From: Methylocaldum marinum
GTDB taxonomy: Bacteria > Pseudomonadota > Gammaproteobacteria > Methylococcales > Methylococcaceae
Assembly (NCBI RefSeq): GCF_003584645.1
Contig: NZ_AP017928.1
Coordinates: forward strand, 64,981-88,980
Length of the DNA: 24,000 nucleotides
Direction of reading: 5' to 3'
Shown here: positions 23,460 to 24,000 of the stretch, piece by piece
How positions within the stretch are numbered: position 1 is the stretch's first letter
Layout of the letters: each line of letters begins with the position of its first letter
Position numbers and translations under genes: made by a program
The notes under the pieces: generated by a model
The model's database searches: none
Told to the model about the DNA's origin: nothing
What the model saw: only the letters and a program-made list of their open reading frames with translations

Positions 23460-23462
23460 TAA

Positions 23463-23999
23463 AAAACAACTTACCGATGGACCGCCTTCGAACGCTACAT
23501 CGGCATCGACTATTTCGGCGCGCAAACGCCGACCGCCAGCCTGACGGGGCTGCGCGTCTATCTGGCGGATCGGACCACGCTTCCCGGTGAAGATTTGCCT
23601 CCGCCCGGCCCGCGCAAATACTGGAGGCGCCAGTGCGAAGAGCGCGCGAAGGCGAAGTCGGTGTTCCATTTCGATGTGCAGGGTGCGGTCGCAAAGTCCA
23701 GCCACGCCAGTATTCCTTGGCTGCGCTATCCGTATCGGCAACTGGACGAAAGGGCGCATTTTTGGCCTTTCGACGGCGGGGTCGTTCCGCCCGGTAAGTC
23801 GGCTATCACCGAGGTCTATCCCGCCTTGTGGAAACAGATGTATCCGACGGACGGCCGCACGCCGGACCAGCACGATGCTTATGTCATCGCGGGCTGGTTG
23901 CGTCAGGCCGACCGGGATGGCCGGCTCGCGTGCTTTCTCCATTCGGCCCTGACGCCTCCGGAGCGAACCATCGCCGAAGTCGGGGGTTGGATTCCGGGC
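23463..23999 (+). CDS. Conserved-looking hypothetical protein, 3' end outside the window and no canonical start codon in frame (possibly frameshifted at the 5' end)
   Basis: The frame is open from the TAA at 23460-23462 to the window end. It reads ...FERYIGIDYFGAQTPTASLTGLRVY...SVFHFDVQGAVAKS...HFWPFDGG...ITEVYPALW...DQHDAYVIAGWLRQADRDG... The only nearby ATG (23477) is in the +2 frame and terminates after 37 codons. Confidence 0.45.
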
Positions 24000-24000
24000 G

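Noticed and set aside
23454-23952. Track ORFs 23454-23942 (minus, 162 aa) and 23587-23952 (plus, 121 aa)
   Set aside because: Both are Arg/Ala-rich shadow frames. The third plus frame reads as a much more protein-like sequence (FHFDVQG, HFWPFDGG, EVYPALW).

Overview
This is a G+C-rich, Gram-negative (proteobacterial-type) chromosomal segment. All calls come from reading the sequence and recognising motifs; no searches were run.

Its centre is a complete RNA-repair locus of the Salmonella type. rtcR (CARF + sigma54 activator, minus strand) faces a textbook sigma54 promoter. That promoter drives rsr (Ro60/TROVE-vWA), a ~600-nt non-coding spacer, rtcB and rtcA.

- **Y RNA array.** The spacer is not empty. 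It holds five tandem Y-RNA-like modules with conserved closing-stem cores. Four carry a tRNA T-arm, and two are full circularly permuted tRNA mimics. In one of these an encoded ACCA joins the acceptor strands.
- **Second rtcB.** A second, intact rtcB paralogue lies ~8 kb away on the minus strand. It sits behind a near-consensus sigma70 promoter, a 15-codon Ile/Thr-rich mini-ORF (MSVPKSFLSITITTG) and a strong intrinsic terminator. This is an attenuator-like layout wired to an RNA ligase, and it is my top candidate for something undescribed. An unrecognisable 318-aa protein follows it.
- **Other genes.**
  - The 3' part of an ExeM/NucH-type nuclease.
  - A PEP-CTERM protein.
  - An HD hydrolase.
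  - An HTH-less WYL-GGDEF fusion.
  - YqiA esterase.
  - An MBL-like protein.
  - A translationally coupled membrane-protein/DUF3857-transglutaminase pair.
- **Decayed island.** Downstream of rtcA the sequence becomes visibly more A/T-rich. This stretch holds:
  - a HEPN-like fragment;
  - unknown small ORFs;
  - a frameshifted gene;
  - a group II intron 3' remnant;
  - a collapsed vapBC module with an intact operator palindrome;
  - an IS200 element abutting a start-less ORF.
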